From assembly GCA_951406725.2 (NCBI GenBank), contig OX597823.1:7936001-8000000 (forward strand): a stretch of DNA of 64,000 nucleotides, read 5' to 3'. Below the pieces are notes generated by a model. The model made no database searches and was not told the DNA's origin. It saw nothing but the letters and a program-made list of their open reading frames with translations. Shown here piece by piece: positions 25,111 through 39,800 of this stretch; the first letter of the stretch is position 1; every line of letters begins with the position of its first letter. The position numbers and the translations under genes were made by a program. Source of the DNA: Octopus vulgaris. Its lineage: Eukaryota.

Positions 25111-25394
25111 AATATATCTGAATATTCAAAAAGAATGATTTTTTTTTTTAAAGTACACCTTGATAAGTTATCTCACCAATATCAATGTAGATCTGGTTAG
25201 AGTAAGGAAGCTGTTTATATCACAGTTTATATATTCTTCCCTAGTGAATACATTAGGAGTTAGATAAGCTATTTATTTTTTATATAATAAATCTTGGTGG
25301 TTGTGTTAAATACAGATTGCAATGGCATATCATTTAATGTTTGTTGAACAAATTTTTTCCATTTCTTTTTGTTGGTGTATCTAGTAATTTTGAC

Positions 25395-26270
<876 letters not shown>

Positions 26271-26609
26271 TCAATCCTTTATATTTCTGACATAAATCCT
26301 TTTCCATCATTTTTCTATTCTCACCACAATATATGACTACTTTTCTTATTTTTAGTTTTTATGCTTTCCCATGTTGATGGAAATACTTTTGAAGAGTGTT
26401 GGACATTTTTGCCATTAATCTCAGTTCTCAAATATTGATGATGCATCTGAAGCCAAAATTTGTTTCACATCAATGTTGTCTGATGCTCTGAAAATAATAC
26501 AAAAACAATGTAAGAAACAAAGATTACTTAAAAAGTAAAGATTTAACAATGGAAATTTTACATTTTTGTACAAGTAAACTGTAGAAATAAGATGTATTTC
26601 TAAATATAC

Positions 26610-27070
26610 CAAATCAAATCAGATATCAGAAAGCAGAACCAAAATCGAAGTCGATCAACATCAATGGAAATTGCAGCTGTGATACCAGTGCCGGTGACAA
26701 GTAAGCGAACCATCCAATCGTGGCCGTTGCCAGCGCCTGGCCTGGCCCCCGTGCCGGTGGCACGTAAAAAGCACCATCCAATCGTGGCCGTTGCCAGCCT
26801 TGCCTGGCCCCCATACCGGTGGCACATAAAAAGCACCATCTGTTCGTGGCTGTTTGCCAGCTCCGTCTGGTACCTGTGCGGATGGCACGTAAGCACCCAC
26901 TACACTCGCGGAGTGGTTGGCGTTAGGAAGGGCATTCAGCCGTAGAAACACTGCCAGATCGGACTGGGGCTGGTGCAGCCTTCTGGCTTCCCAGACCCCA
27001 GTTGAACTGTCCAACCCATGCTAGCATGGAGAGCGGACGCTAAATGATGATGATGATGATGATGATGATA
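26610..27070 (+). mobile_element. RTE 3'-UTR fragment with ~61-bp internal tandem repeats
   Basis: About three GTGCCGGTGGCACGTAAAAAGCACC..GCCTGGCCCCC units, ends in (GAT)n. Confidence 0.8.
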
Positions 27071-27149
27071 TTACAAAGCGGACGCTTGATGATGATGATA
27101 TTACATCAGTCTATATATTTGTAATTACAATTACACATTCAGAGTAAGT

Positions 27150-27560
27150 GTCATCATCATCATCATCGTTTAACATCCGCTTTCCATGCTGGCATGGGTT
27201 GGATTATTTTGACTGAGGGCTGGCGAACCAGATGGCTGCACCAGGCTCCAATCTTGATCTGGCAAAGTTTCTACAGCTGGATGCCCTTCCTAACACCAAC
27301 AACTCCGAGAGTGTAATAGGTGCTTTTTACATGCCACCGGGGGGCCGGTGAGGCAGTACTGGCAATGACCTCACTCGAATCTTTTTACACATGCCACCGG
27401 CACAGGTGCTAGTAAGGTGACTTTGGTAACGATCAGGCTTGAATGGTGCCCTTTTACATGCCACGGCACGGGGATCCAGTCAGGCGGTACTGGCAATGAC
27501 CTTACTCGAATCTTTTTACACATGCCACTGGCACAGGTGCCAGTAAAGCGACGTTGATCA
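27150..27560 (-). mobile_element. RTE 3'-UTR fragment (related subfamily)
   Basis: (CAT)n + TTTCCATGCTGGCATGGGTTGG..GGATGCCCTTCC; internal tandem units. Confidence 0.75.
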
Positions 27561-28365
27561 CTTAAATAAACTACAGTATAGTAGATAATTTTCTTTGCTT
27601 AAATTATTCAGCATTGCTTAGTTGTGGTTGCTTAGTCCCGATCAGCACTGAATAAGCAGACCTATGACAAAAGGAGGTAGGTTTTCATGGGTAATATGAA
27701 TCTTATGACAGAACAAACAAAAAGAAAATATTATACTGCTGAACAAAGAAAGGATTAACATACCTAACTTATATGATTCTATTTCAGGTGTAAGAAGACT
27801 GAAATGGAAGTAAGCTTTGACTACATAGAATCTGAAAGGTAAAAAAAACCTTGTTGAAAAGTTTTCAAAATTTCTGACAAATGTTAAAATGAAAAGAAAT
27901 TAGGGGTCTTTTCTGTTTGGCTGCACCTGTGGAAATTTCAAAGTTAAGTAAAAATTTTAAAATTTAATGTATTGATGAGTTTTCCATGCTGAATATCTGG
28001 GGATATTTAACTTTTCCAAGAAAAAAAAAATTTTTAAAGTTACAGAGGTTTCAAGTTTGATCATTTTTTACCCAAGTCATAAAACAGGATTTGGAAGTTG
28101 TCCTTTTGTGCATGACAGCATGCTAAGTCAAATGTAAACAAATGAAATATTGGCAGAATTCTGCTTTATGCATGACATATAACCCCTCATAACATTTTTA
28201 ATCTTAAGAAGCTTCAGAAAATTTTTACAAATTTGAATTCTACACACAGGAATTCATACAATTATGCAAAACCACCACCACCACCACCCCTAAAAAACTA
28301 TTTAGCTATTATTTTTAGCATATTTCACAACCACCATTTAATAAGCAAAAATGACTCTACGAGTA

Positions 28366-28877
28366 CTGTAAATCCTCGAGTATAGTCCACCCTTGAGTAT
28401 AATACGCAGGGGATTTTTAGGGGGCTGTACCTCTGAAAAACCTAAACCTTGTGTATAATACGCACCCCTTCTCTAACTTGAGTCAAGGAGGTCTATATAA
28501 CGTCCTTAGTTTGTGAAAATTTATACGGTAACATCCTTTATTATTATTGTATATATAACATAATGCAAATGTGTAGCTTTTGTATGCATTTTGTTTGCAG
28601 AAAATAAAGAAATAACAGTAATAACGTTTAATAAATGTTGCTTACTGCAAGTTATGGATGATTCTTTTATGACTTCATTGCTTTCAGGCTTAGCTGAAGG
28701 TATTTTCGCGCCCGATATCACAAAATGCATCTGAATAAACATTGCCGGACAGCAAATAGAGACTCGGACATTGCTTAGAAAATAATTTTTATTTTTAACC
28801 TCGTATATAGTACGCACTAGGGATTTTGACCTTTAAATTTTGGGGAAAAAATGTGGATTATACTCGAGGATTTACGG
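28366..28877. mobile_element. pogo/Tigger-like MITE
   Basis: TA|CTGTAAATCCTCGAGTATAGTCCAC ... GTGGATTATACTCGAGGATTTACGG|TA. Confidence 0.85.
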
Positions 28878-30236
28878 TAAATAGTTTGGGAACAGCTTGA
28901 CATGTTACTATGAAAACAGGCATGAATGTGTTTGTGACTTATGATTGGCTAAAATTACCCAAAATTTGCAAACTTTAAAAGCTATTAACTCTTTATTTAT
29001 TGATTTAGGCAAAAATGAATTTCATGTCTATGATTAGCATACAAGACTACATCATTACACCTAAGAAGAAATCAGTTGGAAGAGATTGAAGAAATTGAAA
29101 AGTGGCAGCCAAGCAGAAAAGATCTGAAATTAGTCACTAAGGAAGCTATGAGTAGATGAATGGCCCATGAAGGCCATACAAGATGGTACAGAGAAGCAAG
29201 GTGAGAGTCAGTTATGAGTTCAGTGGTGAATTCAGTACACAGGACTGAGTTCTTAGCCCCATCCTCAAGTTTGTCTTCCAGTTCATAAAAGGAGTTTGTA
29301 TTTCTGTGAGAGCTCCTGTATGTTGATAACTTAGTTCTCACAGCAGAGTCTGTAAAAAGAACTTAGATATGAAAGTAAAACCTGAAAGAGTAGAAGGGCT
29401 TTAAAGTAAGCTTAGGAAAAAGTAGATGATGATGAGAGAAGGCAGGATCCAGCTATCATCTGGGAAAATGGCCATACTTGATATCGAGAAAAAAAGCAAG
29501 CAGAAATTCCATATAGCATATGCAGTGTAAACAATGTACACGAAAGCAATATAGTGGGGTCACAAGCAGGATGACAGAAAAGGTAGACTTCCCATGCAGT
29601 CGATGCACAGGGGCAATAAGGTCTAAGAACACCTGAGAAATAGATTTTCATAATAGTGCAGGTGGTTCCCAAGAAGTAACTTGAAAATTCTGGTAATTAT
29701 ATAAGTGAATTTGCAGTGGGGAGAGGCCTGGAACCAGTAGCTAGAGTGAAAATGAGTTGGGAAAAAAATGGGGGAACTCAACTTCTACTGGCAACAGAAT
29801 AAAGAACAGATTTTATGGTGATTGTATGCAAAACACAATGCTTAAAAATAGCAAGATAAGTGCCTTCAATGGAGAAGATTTGCAAAGACCAGAAAGAAAT
29901 GCAGCTTACTTCACTGGATGTATAATGTTTGAGTTGATGAATGCTGAAGACATACTAAATATAAAAGATATCAGATACATTAGAGAAGACTACACTGATG
30001 CAGACATGTGAGGTATATAAAATACGAGAGATAGATAAAGAAATTCCAAGGACTCAGAATGAATGGAGCCTGCAGAAAAGAAGACCAAGGAAGCCTTGAA
30101 ATGAAATAGTGGTGACTGATCTTGAGATGTTGCAATTCACAAATGAGATGACAAAGGAGTATGATAAATAGTAACAGAAGATACAGCAACCAGTGCAAGC
30201 ACAGTAAAAGGTATGTTAAAATAGGAGTAAGTGAAA

Positions 30237-30605
30237 TCATCATCATCATCATTTAGCATTCGTTTTCCATGCTAGCATGGGTTGGACGGTTCAACTGGGG
30301 TCTGAGAAGCCAGAAGGCTGCACCAGGCCCAGTCTGATCTGGCAGTGTTTCTATGGCTGGATGCCCTTCCTAATGCCAACCACTCCGTGAGTGTAGTGGG
30401 TGCTTTTTACGTGCCACCTGCACAGGTGCCAGATGGGGCTGGCTAACGGCCACAGACGGATAGTGTTTTTTACATGCCGCCGGCATGGGGGCCAGGCAAG
30501 GCTGGCAACGGCCACGATCGGATGGTGCTTTTTACGTGCCACTCGCACAGGTGCCAGACGGGGCTGGCTAACGGCCACAGACGGATGGTGCTTTTTACGT
30601 GCCGC
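30237..30605 (-). mobile_element. RTE 3'-UTR fragment with ~61-bp repeats
   Basis: Same family as 26610-27070. Confidence 0.8.
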
Positions 30606-30947
30606 CATATCTGCAAAGTTTTCATCTACTGCCTTTCTTGCCTATTCAATATTCTCTCATTAACCCCCATCTCCTACTCATTTCTCCATACCACTCATGT
30701 AATGATGGAGAACATATCTAATCATTTCCAATTCTCCCCTGCTGCCATCTGTATCTGTCTACTCCTCTCAAGATGTTTGAGTAATGAGGGATTGCTCATT
30801 TGCAATCCTGTGATGCCTGATACCACTCCCTCTTCAGGTAACTCTTCATTGACAACAATCAATCTAACAACTGCTCTCTCTCTTACAGGCTAACATTGGC
30901 CATCTGTGCAGCCAGCAATCACTTTATCTTCCCAGGACACACATTAC

Positions 30948-31538
30948 TTATTCCTTTACTGCCCACAAGGGGCTACACACAGAGGGGACAAACAAGGACA
31001 GACAAACGTATTAAGTCGATTACATCGACCCCAGTGCGTAACTGGTATTTAATTTACCGACCCCGAAAGGATGAAAGGCAAAGTCGACCTCGGCGGAATT
31101 TGAACTCAGAACGTAACGGCAGATGAAATACCTATTTCTTTACTACCCACAAGGGGCTAAACACAGAGAGGACAAACAAGGACAGACAAACGGATTAAGT
31201 CTATTACATCGACCTCAGTGCGTAACTGGTACTTAATTTACCGACCCCGAAATGATGACAGGCAAAGTCGACCTCGGCGGAATTTGAACTCAGAACGTAA
31301 CGGCAGACGAAATACCTATTTCTTTACTACCCACAAGGGGCTAAACACAGAGAGGACAAACAAGGACAGACAAACGGATTAAGTCGATTACATCGACCCC
31401 AGTGCGTAACTGGTACTTAATTTACCGACCCCGAAAGGATGAAAGGCAAAGTCGACCTCGACGGAATCTGAACTCAGAACGTAACAGCAGACGAAATACT
31501 GCTACGCATTTCGCCCGGCGTGCTAACGTTTCTGCCGT
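30948..31538 (-). mobile_element. Head-to-tail trimer of SINE family B (184-bp period)
   Basis: Junction GAAATACCTATTTC repeated at ~31125 and ~31309; only the 5'-most unit keeps the head. Confidence 0.9.
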
Positions 31539-32593
31539 CCATTTGCCCTCTCTCCTGCCAGCAAAAATGTAGCTGCTATCTCTGTTCCATTACTCAATGG
31601 TCATTGATATTTCATATTACACCTGTTTATTACTTTCTCCTTTATCCTGTACTTGTTTCAGTTATTAGGCTGCAGTCATGCTGGGGCTCTGCCTTGAAGA
31701 ATTTGAGTCAAATCAACCCCACATTTTTTTTAAAGCCTGGTACATTGTTCTATCAGCCTCTTAGTCAACTGCTATGTTATGGGACATAAACACACCAACA
31801 CCGATTATCAAACAGTGATGGGGGACAAAGACACAAAAGCACACCCACATGTGACAGGCTTCTTTCGGTTTCCATTTACCAAATCCACTCAGATGGCGTA
31901 GGTTGGTCTGAGGCTGTAAGACATGTGCCCAAAGTGCCATGTAGTGGGACTGAACCTGGAATTAAGTGGTTAAGAAGCAAACTTCTTGCCACACAGCCAC
32001 ACTGTTTCTCCCATGTCTCCCTGCTCTGTCACCTCAATCACTCCTCATCCTTTCTTCACCACTTACAACCATTCTTTCTCTGACCCACTCTATTGTTATC
32101 TTGGATGAACAGTGACAATGCTATGCAGCAAGTACACATTTGTTTTGCAGGGTACATCCTTGTAAAGTGGTTGGTTAGTGAGCAGAGACGATGTAGGTTG
32201 GTAAGGACCCATGTCTTGTGGGTGACATAACTCTGGGTGCATAGTTATTGGTGTTAGAAAGAGCATTCAAGCTGTAGAAATTGTGCCAAAATAAAATTCC
32301 CAAATAAGACATAAGCTCCTGACCCATCTACGGGGACAGTAGTATGGAATTAAAGCTCAACAACATATCCAACCAAGGTCCATATGGAAAGGAGGTATAA
32401 AATAATGATGAAATGTGAGAAAATCGAAAAGTGAAGTCTTTATGTTTCTGGAATATGAACAAGAATGCAAATGAGATAAAATACTTGGTAACATGATTAT
32501 GAATGAATGGAAATTGGTTTAGTTCCAACACAATTTCTGTTTGCATAAATACAACCTTGAAAACAAAAGTTTCCACACCTCGTAAGATTATAC

Positions 32594-33017
32594 TCTCTTT
32601 TACTCTCTTTACTCTTTTACTTGTTTCAGTCATTTGACTGCGGCCATGCTGGAGCACTGCCTTTTAGTCGAGCAACTTGACCCCGGGACTTATTCTTTTG
32701 TAAGCCCAGTACTTATTCTATCGGTCTCTTTTGCCGAACCGCTAAGTGACGGGGGACGTAAACACACCAGCATCGGTTGTCAAGCAATGCTAGAGGGACA
32801 AACACAGACACACAAACATATACACACACATACATACATATATATACATATATACGACAGGCTTCTTTCAGTTTCCGTCTACCAAATCCACTCACAAGGC
32901 ATTGGTTGGCCCGGGGCTATAGCAGAAGACACTTGCCCAAGATGCCGCGCAGTGGGACTGAACCCGGAACCATGTGGCTGGTTAGCAAGCTACTTACCAC
33001 ACAGCCACTCCTGCGCC
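32594..33017 (-). mobile_element. SINE family A (full length)
   Basis: Complete match including GGCGCAGGAGTGGC 5' end. Confidence 0.9.
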
Positions 33018-34360
33018 AATATATGTTATAAACCTAAATATAAACACAGAGAACGAATTAAGGGATCAGCTTAATTTCATTGAATGTATCTCTTCCTTTT
33101 TCCAGAAAGAAAGAATTTAGAATCCCTCTCTAAAAAATGTAAATACTGACTCGTTGCTTGGAAACAAAGGGGGCGATTAAGGCTTTCTTTCGGTTTATAA
33201 TAACAAAATGAAAGTGGTAAAAAACTGAAATTTCTTTAAAATGTTTCCCCATAATTGTAGTTTGCGTATTTTTAAGCATGGATTTTAAAAATTTTTTATC
33301 GAAACGGTTTAATTCTTTTTAAATGAATACGGACCAAAATAGCTTTAAATATAAATGTATAACAAACAGGTCGAGACTTGCGACAAAGATATATTTAATT
33401 TCAATGATTTTTATAACAACACAATTTCGAAATATATCCTCAGCAATTTAACGGGAACGTAAAATAGAACATAGTAATACCATATTTCTGAATAGCTAAG
33501 TTATGTAAGCTCTCTCACTCTCATAATATATACACACATAAACACATTACGAAAGAAGCTTTCATATCTCGCGCCGCGCGGATACGGGAAATTGGGTAAC
33601 ATTTTCATATTTTGGCTTCGAAATTATTTTGAGGAGGAATCACTTGATGTCTTGCAAACAACTTGCACATGCAAGTGCTACCAGTTAAAAGCTCCGTATA
33701 CCGCAAGCTAGCAAGTGTATGGGGTCATCAGGAGAGAATGTGCGCCGTTTCGGGGCCTACCTCTCGACGGCATCAATGCGCACCGCCCCCCCCCCTCACT
33801 GATATGAGGCCCCGCTTGCTAGATCAGCTGGTTATGAAGAACTCAATATACTTCTGGCCATATATATAAATGAATTAAATGAGTTAGAGCGGTTGAATTT
33901 TTTTTTTTAAGGCAGTTTTGCGCAGGGTTTTAGAATAACTCCCACGAAGTCCCTGAAAAAAAGTTTTCCCAAAAGTTCAGACTTCTAAATTTTTGTCCTT
34001 ACTTCCACCTTGTGTTTAATAACATGTATGCATACCTTGTGATGCATCGTGTAAGCGCATCATTTAATCGACTGTAACTTTTTTCTTCGGATTTCAGCGG
34101 AATATTTGGAATGGCTATTCCTCGAAGTCCCACACTAAATAGTAAAGAAAAAGAGTGCGGAGGTAAATTGTTAATAGATAGCGAAATAAGTTTATATTTC
34201 ATACATTAAGTCACAGCATGAAAAAATTTCAGACTTTTAAAAAATACCAACGAATGCGCACACCACCCGTTTTCAGTGTAACCCTAACCTTTAATACTGT
34301 GTGTGCGTATTCTTAACCTTAGCCCTCTTATTCTTTACTATTTGGTATGGGACTTCGAAG

Positions 34361-34502
34361 GGCGTAACTTCGGTATAGGTACCGGATACATTTCAAGAAA
34401 GTGTTTTTTTTAGGGTTAGTGTTAGGGGTGGGAGAAAAGGGTTTCTGTTATCTTCAGAAATGTAAACAAAGCCACTTACGGTACCTATACCGAAGGATCG
34501 CC
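34361..34502. mobile_element. MITE with GG-starting TIR and 8-bp TSD (Merlin-like)
   Basis: CTTCGAAG|GGCGTAACTTCGGTATAGGTACC...GGTACCTATACCGAAGGATCGCC|CTTCGAAG; second copy at 43697-43849. Confidence 0.8.
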
Positions 34503-35448
34503 CTTCGAAGAATAGCCATTCCAAAATAACGCCGAAATCCGAAGAAAAAATGTTACGGCCGGTTAAATGGTGCGCTTACACGAAGCATCACAATGTATGT
34601 ATACATGTTCTTATACACAAATTTATCGGGCGAGAGTTTTAGTAATAAACCCGATTACTTCACAACATTTTACATCATATTAGTATGTAGGATCCGGCAA
34701 TTGCCGTAGGATCCATCTTAATAATAAAAATCTGAAATTGTTAATAAATAGCGAAATAAGTTTATATTTCATTCATTAAGTCACAGCATGAAAAAATTTC
34801 AGACTTTTAAAAATACCAACGAAAATGTAAAATATTAATAGACAATATTTTAATTATTGAATACTTTCAGCCATAAATACTTACTGATATTGTAATAATT
34901 ACTGACAGTAAAAGTTTATCCAATTAGTGTAACTTAATTGAGAAAAATAAATAAAGCAGTCTGGTTTCATGGGGGAAATAGAAAACCAGGTTTCATTGCG
35001 CATGTGTACAAATTTTATACTATATGGAAGGCTGGCAAAAAACACCCGGCGTTGCCCGGGTGTTAAGAAAATAATGAAATTTAAAACTACCTTTCAGATT
35101 TCTAACATGAAACATAGACTACGCAGGTCTCACCTCCTAATAGCTGAGATACATATATATATATAAGAATACATATCAATACGTATATGCTTAAAGTACA
35201 CATACACACACACATACGTACGTACATTCAAACATACATACATACACACACACGCATATATACATGTATGTATGTAGATAGACAGATAAATAGACAGGCA
35301 GACACATAGATAGATAGATAGATAGCTAGATTATACGCAAACATTTTATTTTTAGTCTGTAGAGTTACGAAGTAGTTAAGCAACTCAGCACCCATGAGTT
35401 CCATGCATGCGTCTTATATACACATACATAAGTACATATATTCAGCAA

Positions 35449-38047
35449 AATTCGATGCCGTCTATTGCAAGCTGAGCCTATCTGAGTTTTGCCTGCCCGT
35501 GTTGGCTGTCTACAGGCCGCCTCTTGCCGACCCCCAGGACGATGCTCATTTACTTGAAGCGATAAGATTCGTTTCAGCTTCGCATGACTGTTTGGTACTA
35601 GGAGACTTCAACGCTCCCACGATCGATTGGCCCGCATCAATTTGTACAACATCTTCCCGTTTCGGCCAGGCCCTTCTTGACGTGGCTGAAGATTGTTTTC
35701 TATCACAACATGTTGAATATCCGACAAGGCATCGGTCTGGGCAGCAGCCATCTATGCTAGATCTGGTATTCTCCCGCTATCCAAGATCAGTGTCAGACGT
35801 ATCTGTGTGCGCCCTCTTGCCAAGAGTGATCATGCAGTCCTGAAGTTCGTCATGCACACAACTTTTTCTACGCCCACGACTACTTCGCTGCCACGTAGAG
35901 TCTTCTCTGCAATTAATCTTGAAATTCTAACCGAGGCTTCCGCGCTTCTGGACTGGCGATCCCTGATGACGTTGTCCTCTGTTGACGAACTATGGTCATC
36001 CCTCAAAGCATATGTAATCTGTTTGACTGACCAGGCAGTTTCCGTTGGGCTTCCCAAGAAGAAGAAACACAAGCCCTGGGTGACGAAGAAGGTTAAACGA
36101 GAACGTCGACTCAGAGATATTGCTTGGGCTGAATTCAAAAATCTGGATTCGACTGCAGCTTTTGAGGTGTACAAAACTCAACGAGACCGAGCCGTGAAAA
36201 TTGAAAAGAAAGAACGCTTCAGTTATGAATACAAAATCGCGGCAAATGCCAGTAGCAATCCAAAAACCTTCTTTGCCCATGTCCAGCGGAATTCCCGCTT
36301 GAACAACCAGATTGCAACGTTGGTAGACTCAACAGGCGTATCGATTGAGGACCCTTATCAACAGAGTCAATTATTTGCCGAGGCTTTTTCAACTATTTTC
36401 AAACAAGATGATGGTCGTGAACCCCCTCCATTTGATAGATCGGTACCTCCAATGCTTCGATTGGTCATCACGCGGGACGAAGTCAAACGTGTTATTCAAG
36501 GCCTCGATGTTAACAAGGGTCACGGCCCTGACGGCATACACCCACGGGTTATCAAAGCGTTGGCTCCGGTCATCTGCGAGCCCTTAACACGACTATTCAA
36601 TATGTCATTGGCGACGGGTGTTATACCTGCAGACTGGAGAACAGCGATAATCTGCCCAATTTTCAAGAAAGGGAGCCGCGAAGACCCGCTTAACTACCGA
36701 CCGGTTTCCCTTACATCAATAATCAGCAAGATGTTCGAAACCATCCTTAAGAAAAGTATGATGCTCCACCTCCTAAACACAGCCTCTATCTCCGATTCCC
36801 AACACGGCTTCGTGCCGAAGAGATCATGCTTGACCAACTTACTAGTAATGGAAGAATTGGTGACGCGCATCCTCGATGATAGTGATGCTGTTGACATCGT
36901 TTTATTGGACTTTGCCAAAGCTTTTGACTCGGTAAACCACCGCCTATTACTTGTCAAGCTTCAAGCATATAGTTACCATCCGGATATTATACGATGGGTT
37001 GGTGCCTTCCTCTCAGATCGCTCCTTCCAAGTCCAAGTTAATGGTTCGCGGTCCGACGTCTCCAGTGCGAGCAGTGGCGTGCCTCAAGGTTCAGTGCTTG
37101 GGCCCTTGTTGTTCTTAGTCTTCATAAATGACATGCCCGACGACCTCACGCAACACACCCTTCTATTTGCCGACGATATCAAACTGGTTGCTCCTCACGG
37201 TAATATAGAGGATCTTCGTCGATGCCTCCACCAAATTTGGAAGTGGTCTAACGATTGGGACCTGTGTCTGAACATGTCAAAGTGCTGTCATCTGCCTGTC
37301 GGCTCTACTCCTGCAACTCAACTTGATTTCGAGCCGGGTCGTCTGCAGCTGGAGAGGACCGATCAGGTAAAGGACCTGGGTATCTTGGTAGGATTCCTCC
37401 TTTTTGCCTTCGGCCCAGTGCGTCCATGCTGCCAACAAAGCACGCGGAATTCTGTTCTTGATTCGACGGTCATTCGGAATGCTCACAGCAGCCATATTCC
37501 TACCACTCTATGTCACGCTGGTGAGACCCAGATTGGAGTATGGGATTCAAGCCTCTTCTCCTTATCTCCTCAAAGACATACAGCATCTCGAAAGAGTCCA
37601 GAAGCTGGCTACCCGCATGGTTCATGGTCTCAAAAATTTGTCCTACGAAGAAAGGCTGAGGACGCTCGACCTTTATTCTCTTGAAAAACGCCGCCGCCGT
37701 GGTGATCTCATTCTCGACCACAACATCATAAGCGGAAATTGTAACCTCTCGAAAGAGCTGTTCTTCACTCCTGCTCCAGAGCGTCGGCTGCGGGGTCATT
37801 CCGAAAAGCTCTACCTGCGACGATTTCATCTCAATCGAAGGAGAGGAGCTTTCTCCGTCCGGGTTGCGGATCCGTGGAACAAGCCGCCAGACGAGATGGT
37901 GAAGATGCCGACGACCGCTTTGTTCAAAGCCTCCCTGGACCTCAAGTGGCCTGAACTCTTTACATGAACACCACCCTGTACTTAACTCCATGTCCCCCTA
38001 CATGGCCTTGCTATTTGCTTTTGAGCCAAATTAACTAACTAACTAAC
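35449..38047 (+). mobile_element. CR1 LINE, 5'-truncated (endonuclease C-half + reverse transcriptase), two frameshifts, (TAAC)n tail
   Basis: VYRPP, GDFNAP, SDH, NYRPVSLTS, LDFAKAFD, GVPQGSVLGP, LFADD, PWNK motifs across three overlapping ORFs. Confidence 0.95.
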
Positions 38048-38100
38048 ATACACACACACATATCATCGTTTAACGTCCGTTTTCCACGCTAGCACGGGTT

Positions 38101-38150
<50 letters not shown>

Positions 38151-38176
38151 TTTATTTAAAGCAGCAGAAAATTCAA

Positions 38177-38225
38177 CAAAATCTGTTACTCTGAGTTTCT
38201 CGTTGCCGTTCATCAGACAGTTTTT
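38177..38225 (-). ncRNA. Minimal type-I hammerhead ribozyme of the Penelope element
   Basis: AAAAACTGT-CTGATGA-ACG gcaa CGA-GAAAC-tcaga-GTA-ACAGATTTT; both core boxes intact, GUA triplet, basal stem II pair mismatched. Confidence 0.8.
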
Positions 38226-39348
38226 GCTAGAATGGAACCGATATATCAATTCAATCTAGACTCTTACAAACGCTACACCTTTAAAAAAGATGGACTTGTT
38301 TGATTGGCCCTTTAGAAATAACGGTCAATCTTCGAGCGATAAACAAAAAAGCTCAAAAATATATGTATATATATATAAAAAATTATAAAAATTATAAAAT
38401 TCGAGGAAAAAACCTTACATTGAATAAAATACATATTGACATTAATGAAGAAAGTATAGTTAATGCATAGAAATTAAAACCTATTATAAATATTACACTG
38501 CAATACATATTTATATTAAAGTGTACATATATATATCAACATACACAGAAGGATGCGTGCAAACGCCATACATATACAGACGTATAAATATAAATCTAAA
38601 ATATACACATAAATGCATGCGTACATATATGCACGCAATCTATCTCGCACGCAAGTTAAAATCATCGATGTAGCGATTCTCATATATTGAGTAAAGCTTA
38701 AGTAAGGGGGACGTAAAGTTGCATCAGTATCAGTTAGAGAAAAAAACGAAAGAAAGGAAGAGAGAGAAAAAGGAACGAAGAAGGGGGAAGGAAAAAAGAA
38801 AAAGGAGGGGTGAGGAAAAAAACGAAATAAGAAAAATTATGTATACAAGCTGTGTAACCGCATTATTGACATATATGGAGACAAGTATACAAATACACAA
38901 GTTCGAATGGATACATACACATACAGTCGTGTATATGTGTGCTTAAGCACAAACATACGCTCACTTACACATACATAGATACACATGCTTACAAATACAT
39001 ATCCATGGCTATACACATACTCATATCAAAATTCTAATTTTTGACAACATTGCTTTTTTTTAAAAAAATGAGTGCAATAATAAAAAATATACACGAAAGA
39101 CATATAAAATAAAATATAACACCCTATTTTGGATCATCTATAAATTAAAAATCAAGGTAATCCTATACAATACAATAACATGGAATAAACAAAGTCGAAG
39201 GTTTTTCCTAATGTATATGTAGAAATATAAGACTTTGCTATACGGAATGAAATCTGCATAGCACGAAACAAAATCCATCGTAGCGTTTACATACTAGTTC
39301 AAGAGTCAAAATCAAAATTTCAAAAATCAAAAATACAAAATATATACT

Positions 39349-39800
39349 CTATCCATATGGTATATTTATATTCGACATTTTAAATTTAGTTGCGTGCCTA
39401 CATAAGTTCATTAGCTCACTACTTTGATTCAAAGAATTATTGTCTTTGAATAAAATGTACATTTTTTCTAATAGGCAAAGTTTGCATTTAAAATTATTTC
39501 TGTATGCCCCATGCCTGTATGGTGCCGCTCTGTCCAGAATGCTCCATGTCACGTTGAAAGGTGGGGTTTCCTTTTCTTTTAGTTCCCAGACATATTTTGC
39601 TAGGCTGGTCCTCTTCCTATTCTCTGGGTATTTAAATGAATTTTTATGTGAATAAAATCGTGTTTTAAATGAATTTTCTGAAGCCCCTGTGTATGTCTTG
39701 TATTCCGATGAGCCTTCTACTTGCACCTTGGCTCTATAAACTACTCCTTTCACTAGACATTTCCCTTCTAACGGACAGGAGTTTTCGTTTTTGCAATAAA
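39349..39800 (-). pseudogene. GIY-YIG endonuclease of Penelope-like element (5'-truncated, no RT)
   Basis: ORF 39349-39831 motifs as above. Confidence 0.85.

Noticed and set aside
30948-31538. CRISPR-like reading of the tandem repeats here and at 26690-26880
   Set aside because: No unique spacers, eukaryotic context, units are SINE/RTE-UTR sequence
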